The notes under the pieces were generated by a model, which was not told the origin of the DNA, did no database searches, and saw only the letters and a program-made list of their open reading frames with translations. The translations under genes and the position numbers were made by a program. This document shows positions 49,940 through 62,229 of a DNA stretch of 64,000 nucleotides, in pieces (within the stretch, counting starts at the first letter, position 1; each line of letters begins with the position of its first letter). Source of the DNA: Pristiophorus japonicus (taxonomy: Eukaryota); NCBI RefSeq assembly GCF_044704955.1, contig NC_091994.1:33480001-33544000 (forward strand). Direction: 5' to 3'.

Positions 49940-51279
49940 CTGAAAGTGGAATATAATTAATAACTGAAATCATCTAAAATGTAGTACAGGTGTCCAATAT
50001 TTAAACAAAAATGTTCTTGTCCTTTTCTGAAGACATTTGTTGGTTTCACAGGCACCAGCACCTTCTGCTATCTTATCCAACTAGCCTTTCTTGTGGCAGT
50101 CTGCAGAGTGTCAGCAAGGATTCCATTTTCTCATCCCTACATTTGTTTGAAATCAGTTTTTTAAAGTTGGATTACCTTGTAAAAAGCCTTTTAAATTTGT
50201 TTGCTTGGTGCCTTTAAAGAAGCACCAGCCTCTGTGCAGTGAGCTATAATAGCTTTGACTTTTTCAGCTGTACTGAATTTTCCACTCGAGGTGGGCTGCC
50301 TATGGTGGTTGCTAATATTTTGGAGAACACCATTAGTTTGCCAAGAAGATACACTGGCTCTTGGTATAACACCAGCAGTAAATCTGCCGATGAGGTAAAT
50401 CCAGGCCACTGTGATTTATGAATTGGCAAAAAAAACTCTCCTCTGCCACTATCCTGCTAATGACCATCAACCAGCTTCCTCTCTTTCTGGCTCTAATAAC
50501 TCCCAGTCAACACCCTATATTAATGACTGTTGCTGCTGATGTTACTCCTGTTTCTGCATTGCTAAGCTCAGTAAATCTTTGAAGTGAGAAAGATTGATCC
50601 CTGATGATGTCATTACCATTCTGGGTGCAGTTCCACAGACTGCACCAGCTCCCTAGTACTTCACTCAACTGGCCTCAAGTGTGAGCCTATATAATGAGCA
50701 TTCATTGCCTATTCACAGCTAAATCCTGACATTAATCAATACCCTCTCACATGCACATTTAGTCATTGGTGAGACGCAGAAATAATTTAGAAGTTTAAAA
50801 AGGCAATAGATACTTACATGGGAGGTAAGGATATTAAGTGATTTGTAAGGAGAGGAATTGTGATTTTAAAAAGATTAAACAGCTACCACATGTGGTGGAG
50901 ACTGAACGAGCCAGCCTATCCTTATAATAGCAGTCAGGAGTGGGTACACTGGCTGATTTTTCACTCATCGCAGCCTGGTAGCACTGAGGTAAATTTTTGT
51001 GCCTGTAATTCTATCCAAGCTAACACTAAAGTATGAATTGAATCTACACCCTGCAGGATTGAGCAGCACACAGGACAGTGCATGAACCCTTTTAGCCATC
51101 AGGAATTGAAAGTTAATAATTATGTACAGGGTAACTGAATAGAAATACAGTTCTGACTCTCCACAGGGACCTGACTGAGATTAAACCAACTTGTACAGGC
51201 ACTTGTCCAATGAGTGCAATTTTAAATGCGGTGCAGCAGTGAGGTGGATCCTATGCTTTTGTGCCAATGAAGACTTTAC

Positions 51280-51475
51280 CTGTTAAGGAACTGGAGGTCG
51301 TAATCCGTCTCCTCTCGTCATCTGTGAAGAGGACCAGCATTGGCTGTTTGCTGCTGTGATGGTCTCTGGCTGTGGCGAAGCGGACAATTTGATTGTTGAG
51401 CTGCAGGCCAGCCAAAGTTCGCACAATGACTAGCAAGCCCTTGTTACTCTCTTTATTCTGTGTCCAGACATATAC
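51280..51475 (-). CDS. admp: ADMP exon 4 (prodomain)
   Basis: Acceptor tgcAG; VYVW...RFATARDHHSSKQPMLVLFTDD; donor GTAAAG; 196 nt. Confidence 0.92.
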
Positions 51476-52136
51476 CTGCACAAATGAATAAATCTTTCAT
51501 CAGTCAAGTATAGCAAGTGTTTCATGCAGAGTAAGACTCCCTCTGTTCTGCCTGAATAGTGTGCCTTATCCCCAACCTCCTATTGCACTAATGACATTTC
51601 CATTTTCCATACATTTGAGAGGCTATTCAGCCCATCTGCACTGCATAATAAAGAAAACCAGCACGTTGGGTCTTTTGAAAGACTAAGGTTTTCATTTCCA
51701 CTTCCTTACCTGGAAGCTCATTCAATGTTTGTGTGAAGAAGTTCTTCTCAACATCTATCCTACATTTTCCTACATGCGCCCAAGATCTCTTTCCAGTTTA
51801 CCTTTATCTAATCCTGCACCATTTTTTGTATACGTGTGAAATTTATTTTCAATCCACCCTCATAGCCTTTGAGTGAGACAACCAATTTGGTACCAAATCA
51901 TAAGCAGATTTCTGCTATGGAGCCATGCCTGTTAATCACATGTGCTAATCCACTGTGGCTTTCAGTCTGCTTAGCCTGGCTCTTTTCATACAGCGTTCAG
52001 TGGTTTAAGGCCGATATCCTCACATGGACATAGAAATCTGTTGATGCCGCGGCCGTTATACAGGTGTGCAATATGGTGGTCAGCGTGCATGCGCTCGCAC
52101 ATTCCACCCCAGCATATTGGTAGAGACTGGAGTATT

Positions 52137-52440
52137 GGTGCAGTTACTCCCGCAGTTATAACACGGGTCTGTGCAGTTACTCCCGCAGTTATAACAAGGG
52201 TCTGTGCAGTTACTCCCGCAGTTATAACAAGGGTCTGTGCAGTTACTCCCGCAGTTATAACAAGGGTCTGTGCAGTTATTCCCGCAGTTATAACGGGTCT
52301 GTGCAGTTATTCCCGCAGTTATAACGGGTCTGTATAGTTACTCCCACAGGTATAACAAGTCTGTATACTTACTCCCACAGGTATAACAGGTCTGTATAGT
52401 TACTCCCACAGGTATACCAAGAGCCTGTTCAGTTACTGCT
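52137..52440. repeat. 33-bp minisatellite in ADMP intron 3
   Basis: tgtgcagttactcccgcagttataacaagggtc repeated about nine times, decaying to 31-32-bp variants. Confidence 0.92.
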
Positions 52441-52736
52441 GCAGGAATAGCAAAGGTTGGTGTGCTCTGAAAGACCCTTGTTAAACCTGCAAAGAGCTGA
52501 CATAGGCACATAGTACCAAATGGCCTCCTTCTGTACTGTATCATTCTTTGAATGTGGTTACTCCAAATGATGTAGCAGTGCTTTGTGTGGATGCCACCAA
52601 AGATAATGTTACCACAGAGACCAGCATAGTTACTTATGCAATGTACTAAAGGGGAGTGTGATTACTCATGCAGGTATGACAGGGATCAGAATAGTTATTC
52701 CTGTAGGTATTGTTGAATAATTGCAATATTACTTAC

Positions 52737-52859
52737 AGCCTGAGTGATTGTGAAGACCTCCCATGTGCTGTCATGGACCGCAAGTACTCTGGATGACAGC
52801 AGTCGTTTCCCGTCTGCTGTAGACGTGTTATTATTGTCCAATATCTGGTACACACTGAC
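52737..52859 (-). CDS. admp: ADMP exon 3 (prodomain); not in the ORF track in this frame
   Basis: Acceptor gttttAG; VSVYQILDNNNTSTADGKRLLSSRVLAVHDSTWEVFTITQA; donor GTAAGT; 123 nt. Confidence 0.92.
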
Positions 52860-53485
52860 CTAAAACAGAGTATACAGCTCAGACAAGTTTGTAATAAGAA
52901 ATTATATTGTAAACAAAGCCAGGAAACAATCAAAGTGGAATGAGTGCACTGCCTCCTGGCTCCTCCTTTAGTGATTTCCCCAGACCTGAATGCAAAAAAG
53001 CTGTTTGGCTCACTTCCCACTGCGGCTCAGCAATGACTTCTCTCGCACCTAGCCCCATTATACCTGCAGGAGCTACCAGCCCAAACCACTATGCACCAAT
53101 TGATGAACATTGCACACTCACAAGGATTCATACTCACTGAGACTGAACTAAGAGAGATTCTTCAAAACTTGGTTCTTGTTTCCAGCCTCTTACACAGCAT
53201 GAGGTGGAATTTCATGTAGGGGTGTAATCGGGAGGTTACACCTGGTATTACACCTATTCGGGCGTTCATTTTGCCGATGTCTATTTACACCCAAATTTCC
53301 TGCCGATCTCATTGGTATACAGCGGAATGTAAAAATGACGGAAATCAGCTTAAGCAATCGGGATTCAATGAAAGCACCAAATTTATATCATACATTCCTT
53401 TAACTATTACAATTAAAGTTTCAAACCATCTATCACTCATGCACATTAGGCACAGCATATTTAAGAAGGTATACATGACACTTTG

Positions 53486-53643
53486 GGGGTAATTTTGACT
53501 TTGTGCGATAGTGTGAAATGGGTAATAGCCTGTTTTACATCTCTCTGGATTTCTATTGGAAATAATAATCGAGAAAGATGTGAAACAGCCTGCCCATTCC
53601 TGTTCACTTGTCTTACACTATCGCAGAAAGTCAAAATTACCCC
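53486..53643. mobile_element. MITE with ~29-bp TIRs in ADMP intron 2
   Basis: ggggtaattttgactttgtgcgatagtgt / acactatcgcagaaagtcaaaattacccc. Confidence 0.75.
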
Positions 53644-54433
53644 ATTATGATACCATAAAAATACATTGAAAGAACCAGAAAATGCAGTGCAGGTCTTATA
53701 ATATACAGCGCCAGTCAGTCTCAGTAACTACATTGCAGGTCTCAGTGTGGATAAATAAAACAAAATCACAAAACACCAGAAAACTGACTCTTTCCTGCTG
53801 CACCCTAAGTCTGGGCTTAATTTTGAACCAGTATAATTGCAGGAAATTTGTGTGCATCGGCTCTCGGAAAAATGGGCCGAGATGCTTTTGAGCGGAGGGA
53901 TCGATAGATGGGCATAAAAGATTGAGGACATTCGGCTGTAGCGTAATTACATAAGAAATAGGAGCCAGTGTAGGCCATTCAAGTTGAGTTACGTGTGTAA
54001 CGCTATCGCTCGGGTTTCCTCGGTCTCTTACGCCGGATATTTGCTTTATGTCCAGATTACACATATTCTCTGGGTGTAAATACACAGGACATTCCACTCA
54101 TATTAAGAGGACATGTGTAAAACCACACAACCAAAGAAATGCTCCTTCTCAATTTATTTCTTGGTTTTCTCAATTTGAGTTTTCTCTCTGAATTTCTTTC
54201 TGTCTCTCTCACTTCCTTGAGTTTCTGTCTGTTTTACTCTGAACTTCTTTCTGCCTGTCACTCACTCACTTTCTTATCCTTTCTGTTTCTCTCTGAATGC
54301 CTTTAAGTCTCTGTTTCTGTATCGAGTTTATCTCTCTCACTCCCCTGTGTCAGTGAAGAGTTGAGGTAGCTGTTACACTCCGGGTTGGCTGCATTACTGG
54401 GTGAAGGGATGCACTGGTTCCCGGCTCTCTTAC

Positions 54434-54579
54434 CTGGCAGAAGTGGTGCCTGTGATACAGGCTGTCCTGGGAGGGTCGGCCTCGCAGTTTGAAGAGGTGC
54501 AGCTCGGCGCTCAGAATCGTCTCGCTCCTGGCCACACTCGACAGGTTGAAGAAGAAGAACTGGAACTGCTGACTTCGGG
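54434..54579 (-). CDS. admp: ADMP exon 2
   Basis: Acceptor cccaccAG; FFFNLSSVARSETILSAELHLFKL...HHFCQ; donor GTAAGA; 146 nt. Confidence 0.92.
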
Positions 54580-54681
54580 CTGGTGGGAGGGGGGGAAAGA
54601 CAAAAGATGCAAAGGTGAGTGGGGCTGAGCGAGGGGAAAGCTTGCCAGAGACAAAACACTACACAGGACAGGCTCTCTCAC

Positions 54682-54961
54682 TTCTATCCAGGAAGCTGCG
54701 CACTGTGTTACCCGCCAGCAGGCCGGGGTCTTTGGTCAATCCACCCACGTCTGCCACCGTGTTGTAGAGGTCCAGCATGTACTGAGGGGGCTGGCGGACT
54801 GTGTGGGGGGACTGCGGGGCGTCTTCCATCCCGAACACCTCCAGCAGCCGCTTGAGTGCCTGGGAGCGGACCTGCTGGCTGTGGCCGGACAGGCGGGCGG
54901 TGCAATTCGGCCCCAGGGACACGAGCAGGAGCAGCAGCGAGGCACCGACAGCGGGGCACAT
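54682..54961 (-). CDS. admp: ADMP exon 1 (signal peptide and prodomain start)
   Basis: ATG 54961; hydrophobic LLLLLVSL; ALKRLLEVFGMED..PPQYMLDLYNTVAD..GNTVRSF; donor GTGAGA; the five exons total 1149 nt = 382 aa + stop. Confidence 0.92.
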
Positions 54962-56232
54962 GGCTCTCACTCACAAGGCGGGGCTGGGACAGTGGGATCG
55001 CGGCCTCGGAGGGAGCCGCAATATATTCCTCTGTGCGGCCCATCGGAGCGGACTATGCTAGCGGCCAATTAGTGGGTGTGAGGGGCTCGCACCCTCCTGC
55101 TAACGAGGTGTGACCCCAAACTCAGCAAGGGCCGCGCTCCTCAATCTCTAATACACAAGCATCGACTGATCCCCGGCCCCTCGCAGAGACCCCCCCACCG
55201 CTTCCCTCCCTCCCGATTGTCCTCGCACAGTCGGGGCCGCTTGCTGAGTCCTTGGCTGAATAATTTCCACTAATGGAACCATTAGCTGTACAAACAGAGG
55301 GAGCTGGCATCCCCGAGAGGCACTGGGTCAGAGAAATAGAAAGGTTGGGTCAGAGAAAAGGGGAGCCTAGGTTACAGAGATAAAATGCTCAGATAGAAAC
55401 TGGGTGGGAAAGAGAGAAAGACTGGGAAAGATAAAGATGGTTAAATAGGGAGACTAGGTTAGAGAGAAAAAAAGATTAAAATGCTCATGCTCAGATAGCG
55501 ACTGTGGCTAAAGAGAGAGTTTGGGTTAGGGAGAGAGATATAAAATGCTCAGATAGATAGAGACTGGGTGGGAGGGAGAAAGACTGAGTTTAACGATGTC
55601 TTCTCCTGCAGTAGATATTTCTGGGTTGATGCTTGCTGCAGGTGGATGCTGTGGCAGGAAGAGAATGGGTCCTCTGTCTCCAGGCCTGTAAGCAGCTGCT
55701 CTTCAGGTGACCCAACAGAAACACAATGGGCAAAGCATGTTGGAATCTGCAGGGCACTCCTTGTAACATATTTCAGTTGCAGTTCACATACAATGAAATG
55801 ATGCAGTGACACTAGGTACATTGCCTATTGCAACAATGTTTGAGTAAAGGACTAATTTCTATGGGAAGAGAAAGATGGAAGTATGGGTACCAGCCTGCAA
55901 ATGCAGGCTCACCTCCTGCATGCTCCTCTGCAATAGGGAGATTGGAGTGTCAGCTCACTAAGTCCAGTGTAAGCTCCTTCAGGTTTGAGATTTGCAGTGT
56001 GTGCCCCCTCCGGTTTTCCCTCTCACCCTTCTGTTATGGACATTCTTTACCTGCAATCATCAAGTGATTGATGAATTGCTGACTGTTTCCTGAGCCCAGG
56101 CACAACGAAACACGTGGGCACTGTATTTCAGAAAAAAATGCATAGCTGGATAGAAAGGGCTTACAAGAGGCTAAAATGGGTCTTGATGATGAAAATGGAC
56201 TGAGAGGGATAACTACCTTATCTGTTTAAGGA

Positions 56233-58973
56233 CGACAAATTGATCCTCCTAGGTGACGTTAATCCCAGGATCGGCAAAGACACAGCCCTCTGAGGAAGCG
56301 TGATTGGCAGAGAGGGGGTAGGGAAATCCAACTCCAACGGCACCCTACTCCTGACAAAGTGTCTAGAACACGAACTCCTCGTCGCCAACACCCTGTTCCG
56401 CCAGAGGGACAAATACAAAGCATCGTGGCAACACCCTCGCTCCAAACACTGGCACCTGCTGGGTTATGTCATCGTCCGAACCAGGGATCGCAAGGATGTG
56501 CGCATCACCCGCGCCATGACAGGAGCTGATGACTGCTGGATGGACCATCGCCTAATCCGATTTGTCATCAATATTAACATAGCTCCAAAGCAGAGAGGAT
56601 AGCAGAAGCAGTGCCGCAAAAAAATTAATACCAGGGCACTTAAGGACCCAGCTAAGAGAGCCCTGTGCAGCCAGCGCCTCACAGCCATTCTGGCGTGCCT
56701 TGTTGACCCTGAGATGCTCAATGCCCATAGCGCTTGGTCTGCACTCCAGGCCTCCATAACCAATGCCTGTGAAGAGACACTTGGTTACTCAACCAGAAAA
56801 CACCAGGACTGGTTTGATGAAAATGATCAGGAGATCCAAGAGCTAATTGATCGTAAGCGCAGAGCATTTCTGAGCCTCAAGTAACAACCCAACTCGAGAG
56901 CTACAAAGCAACGTTACAGACGGCTCAAGGCTGAGGTCCAACAAAAAACCCGGGATCTAAAGAACAGGTGGTGGATGGAGAAAGCACAGGTGATGCAACA
57001 ACTAGCCGACAGCCACGACACGTGAGGAATTTTCATTGCAGTCAAGGCCACCTACGGTCCAAACTCCCAAGGCCCCACCCCACTCCTGGCCAAGAACGGG
57101 GAAACACTCATCAACGACACCGAGGCTCTCTGGGCCCACTGGAAGGAGCACTTTTAAGATCTCCTCAATCAAGAATCAACCTTTGACTCGAGTGTTCTCA
57201 ACTCCATCCCGCAACATGCAACCCGCCACCACCTCTGTGGACCCCAACGCTTCACGAGGTAAGCAAAGCCATAAAACAGCTCAAGAATAACAAGGCTACA
57301 GGTGCGGATGGAATTCCTGCCGAGGCGCTAAAATATGGCTGTTGGCATGGATACATGACCTCATCTCTTTCATTGGAGGGAGGAGAGCATGTCGGGAGAT
57401 CTTAGAGATGCAGTGATTGTGACAATTTTTAAAAAGGGGAACAAATCCGACTGCGGCAACTACAGGGGAATCTCCCTGCTATCAACCACTGGGAAGATTG
57501 TCGCTCGAGTTCTCCTCAACCGTCTTCTCCCTGTGGCCGAGGAGCTCCTCCCAGAGTCACAGTGCGGATTTCGTCTCCTACGGAGAACAATGGACATGAT
57601 CTTTGCAACACGACAACTGCAGGAAAAATGCAGGGAGCAGCGCCAGCCCTTATGCATGGCCTTTTCCGATTTTACAAAGACCTTTGACACTGTCGCCCGT
57701 GAGGGCTTATGGAGCGTCCTCCTCCGTTTCGGATGCCCCCGAAAGTTTGTCAACATCCTTCGCCTGCTCCACGACGACATGCAGACCGTGATCCTTACCA
57801 ACGGATCCATTACAGACCCATTCCACATCCGGACAGGGGTCAAACAGGGCTGCGTCATCGCTCCAACCCTATTCTCAATCTTCCTTTCTGCCATGCTCCA
57901 CCTCACTGTCAGCAAGCTCTCCGCTGGAGTGGAACTAAACGACAGAACCAGTGGGAAGCTGGTTAACCCACGCCGCCTCCAGGCCAGGTCCAAGACCACC
58001 CAAATCTCTGTCGTTGAACTGCAGTACGCGGACGACGCTTGCGTTTGCGCATATTTTGAGGCTAAACTCCAGGATATAGTCGATGTATTCACCAAGACAT
58101 ATGAAAGCATGGGCCTCACGCTTAACATCCGTAAGACAAAGGTCCTCCACCGCCCTGTCCTCACCACACAGCACTGCCCCCCAGTTATCAAGATTCACGG
58201 CGCGGCCCTCGACAACATGGACCACTTCCCATACCTCGGGAGCCTCTTGTCAACAAAGGCAGACATTGATGGGGAAAAGAGTGTTCGAAGATCAGGCCCT
58301 CAAACCTACCAGCAAGCTCATGGTCTACAGGGCTGTAGTAATACCCATCCTCCTGTATGGCTCAGAGGCATAGACGATGTACAGAAGACACATCAAGTCG
58401 CTGGAGATATATCACCAACGAGGTCTCCGCAAGATCCTGCAAATTCCCTGGGAGGATAGACGCACCAACATCAGTGTCCTCACCCAGGCTAACATCCCCA
58501 GCATTGCAGCACTAACCAGTCTCAATCAGCTTCGGTGGGCAGGCCACTTAGTTCGCATGCCAGACATGAGACTCCCTAAGCAATTGCTCTACACGGAGCT
58601 CCTTCATGGCAAACGAGCCAAAGGTGGGCAACGGAAACATTACAAGAACACCCTCAAAGCCTCCCTGGTGAAGTGCGACACCACCACTGACACCTGGGAG
58701 ACCCTGGCTGAAGACTGCCCTAGGTGGAGAAAGTGCATCCGGGAGGGCGTTGAGCTCTTTGAGTCTCAACGCTGCGAGCATGAAGAGGTCAGGCGCAGGC
58801 AGCGGAAGGAGTGTGTGGTAAATCAGTGCCGCCCTCCCCTTCCCCCAACGAATATCTGTCCCACCTGTGACAAGGTCTGTGGCTCTCGTGTTGGACTGTT
58901 CAGCCACTAAAGAACTCATTTTAGGAATGGAAGCAAGTCTTCCTCGATTTCGAGGGACTGCCTATGATGATGA
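56233..58973 (+). mobile_element. 5'-truncated RTE-clade LINE, same family as 5669-10770
   Basis: RT ORF 57389-58459 (NYRGISLL, QYADD), (GAT)n tail; candidate TSD ttaagga at 56226-56232 and 58974-58980. Confidence 0.92.
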
Positions 58974-59919
58974 TTAAGGATCTGTGATTCTGATATTCCA
59001 TCTTATATATTAGACAAGTTTAAAATTTAGTCTTGGTACAGATTTTCGATTTTCTCATCTCCCAGTTCTGAGGACAGAGGTTTCCTGATTCCTGAACAAA
59101 GTTAATCACAAAAGCAAATTAATGCCAAATCTTATTGACCATACAAATTAAACATTTTAATACAGTTCGACAATTTAATCCAAATTCCTTTCACTTTCTC
59201 TTCCCTGCCTCCTGAAATGACAACTACTTATTACCATATATTAAATATGTAAATGTTCTAATTAACTTGTTATTTGCAATTCTGACAGCAGCATTAGCTG
59301 CTGGCGTGGGGTTTAGTGTGCTATCAGGCATTATCCTAAGCTCGGCAATACAAAAGCCAAGAAATGGCAACAGGATAATCAAGCAAATTAATGTAAAATA
59401 CTGCTGCCAAGAAGCAGAACACCTCTAGTAAACTAAGTTCGGCAGTTCTTGCTACTTTGTTTTAAAACGCTGTGCTTAGTTTTCCCAGATATAGTTTGGA
59501 GGTCTTCATCTGCAAGAACTTGAAGTGCTTCTTCAAACATATCGATGGTAATAGTGAGAGAGTGAGGTAACATGGCTCCAGGAGCAGGATCAAAACCACC
59601 AGGAATGGTGCAAAGTGAGGTGGAGTAGCAACTAGGTCAATGAGACAAACAGGAACCTGATAAAAGGCTAAAAGATAAAAATGTACTTGAAGTAGAAAGG
59701 GGTTGGTCAGGGAGAGTAGGTTGTAACTCTGAAGGAACATGAATGAAACAGCCTTGAAAAAATGTCTCCATCTCACCAGATCCCACACCCAAAGGGAAAC
59801 AACAACTTTGGAAATCTCTTGGAAAAAAATACCTCCAATGTGACAAGAACAGGGGTGTTCTGGGCCATCTCGGCCTCTGAGCCCTGATAAGCCAGCCCTC
59901 GAAGACCAGGTAGCTCTGT

Positions 59920-60676
59920 AAGAACATAAGAAATAGGAGCAGGAGTAGGCCATACGGCCCCTCGAGCCTGCTCCACCATTCAATAAGATCATGGCTGATC
60001 TGATCATGGACTCAGCTCCACTTCCCCACCCGCTCCCCATAATCCCTTATCGTTTAAGAAACTGTCTATTCCTGTCTTAAATTTATTCAATGTCCCAGCT
60101 TCCACAGCTCTCTGAGACAGCGAATTCCACAGATTTACAACCCACTGAGAGAAGAAATTTCTCCTCATCTCTGTTTTAAATGGGCATCCCCTTGTTCTAA
60201 GAACATGCCCTCTAATTCTAGTCTCCCCCGTCAGTGGAAACATCCTCTCTGCATCCACCTTGTCAAGCCCCCTCATAATCTTATACGTTTTGATAAGATC
60301 ACCTCTCATTCTTCTGAATTCCAATGAGTAGATGCCCAATCTACTCAACCTTTCCTCATAAGTCAACCCCCTCATCTCCGGAATCAACCTAGTGACCGTC
60401 TCTGAACTGCCTCCAAAGCAAGTATATCCTTTCGTAAATATGGAAACCAAAACTGCACGCAGTATTCCAGGTGTGGCCTCACCAATACTGTGTATAGCTG
60501 TAGCAAGACTTCCTTGCTTTTATACACCATCCCCTTTGCAATAAAGGCCAAGATACCATTGGCCTTCCTGATCACTTGCTGTACCTGCATACTATCCTTT
60601 TGTGTTTCATGCACAAGTACCCCCAGGTTCCGCTGTACTGTGGCACTTTGCAATCCTTCTCCATTTAAATAATAAC
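59920..60676 (-). mobile_element. CR1 3' fragment
   Basis: ORFs 60004-60450 and 60384-60653 encode the CR1 ORF2 C-terminus; 3' UTR present. Confidence 0.9.
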
Positions 60677-60789
60677 TGATCTGATATCTGATTTGTTCTT
60701 GTATTTCTTATTCACTGGTTTGCTCTCTTTGAATTTTGTGGGTCTGGAGGTTTGGAAAGGGTTATTTTTTATACTGTTGTCTCATTGTT

Positions 60790-61930
60790 TATAGAAACAG
60801 GAGTAGGCTATTCAGCACCTCGAGCATGCTTGCCATTCAATTAGATTTTGCTGTTGAGGGAGTGCAGCGAAGGTTCACCAGACTGATTCCCGGGATGGCG
60901 GGACTGACATGAGGAGAGACTGGATCGACTGGGCCTGTATTCACTGGAGTTTAGAAGAATGAGAGGGGATCTCATAGAAACATATAAAATTCTGACGGGA
61001 CTGGACAGGTTTGATGCAGGAAGAATGTTCCCGATGTTGGGGAAGTCCAGAACCAGGGATCACAGTCTAAGGATAAGGGGTAAGCCATTTAGGACCGAGA
61101 TGAGGAGAAACTTCTTCACTCAGAGAGTTGTTAACCTGTGGAATTCTCTACCGCAGAGAGTTGTTGATGCCAGTTCATTAGATATATTCAAGAGGGAGTT
61201 AGATATGGCCCTTACGGCTAAAGGGATCAAGGGGTATGGAGAGAAAGCAGGAAAGAGGTACTGGGGTGAATGATCAGCCATGATCTTATTGAATGGTGGT
61301 GCAGGCTCGAAGGGCCGAATGGCCTAATCCTGCACCTATTTTCTATGTTTCTATCATGGCTGATCTTTATCCATATTTGCTCCATATCCCTTGACACTCT
61401 TAGCTAATAAACATCTGTCGAACTCAGTCTTGAAAATTTCAATTGACCCAGCATCCATAGCCTTTTGGAAGATTTCCACATTTCCACTAATCTTAGTGTG
61501 AAAAGTACTTCTTGATCTCACTTCTGAATGGCATAGCTCTAATTTTAAGATTGTGCCACCTTGTTCTGAATTCCCCTACCAAAGGAAATAGTTTTTCTGT
61601 GTCTACCCTATCAAATCATTTTATCATTTTAAACGCCTCAATTAAATCAGCCCTCAACCTTCTAAACTCAAGGGAATACAAACCAACTTCATGCAACCTG
61701 TCCTCATAACTTAACCCCTTGAATCCTGGTATCATTTTGGTGAATCTGCGCTGCAGGCCCTACAAGGCCCATATATCCTCCTGAGGTGTGTGCAAAACTG
61801 AATGCAATATCCAGATGGGGACTGGCCAAGCCTCTGTACAACTGAAGCATAACTTCCCCCCCTTTGTTTTCTAGCCAACATTCCAATAGCCCTTTTGATT
61901 ACTTTTTGCACCTAGCTTTTAGTGATTTGT
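60790..61930 (-). mobile_element. Older CR1 3' fragment split by a younger CR1 copy
   Basis: ggagtaggctattcagc...attcaattagat resumes as catggctgatc at ~61355. Confidence 0.7.
60847..61354 (+). mobile_element. Young CR1 3' fragment
   Basis: ORF 60959-61273 MRGDLIETYKIL...; tail ctatgtttctat. Confidence 0.9.
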
Positions 61931-62229
61931 GCTTGTTAAATCCTAATTCATAACTCTGAGATCTGTTTCTGTCAAATACCCAAAACGTATGAAAATAAAT
62001 GGGCATTTCATTGGATTTAAACTTTATATGTAAAGGTAGAGAAAGTCCATGGTACATACCTCTGCAGTGCACAAATACTAAAGCCTGGCCACCCATACAA
62101 TGGGTCATTTGCTCCTTTATAAATTTGGTGCCATGCAGACATGGTCTCATGTACAAAGTATTCTCTTATCACAGCTCAGTTCTTTTAAAAATGGCAGTTT
62201 CTGGGGTTCCTTTATTCAGTAAGTTCAGT

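Noticed and set aside
50191-50429. Possible extra ADMP exon or nested gene in intron 4
   Set aside because: Exons 4 and 5 already join in frame; no recognisable domain or convincing splice-site pair
52137-52440. CRISPR-like array, or the repetitive ORF 52041-52337 (CAVTPAVITRV)n
   Set aside because: Contiguous tandem units with no unique spacers in a eukaryotic intron; the ORF arises because the unit length is a multiple of three
59462-60040. 192-aa hydrophobic ORF
   Set aside because: Begins within a CR1 3' UTR and has no recognisable domain; probably a chance read-through
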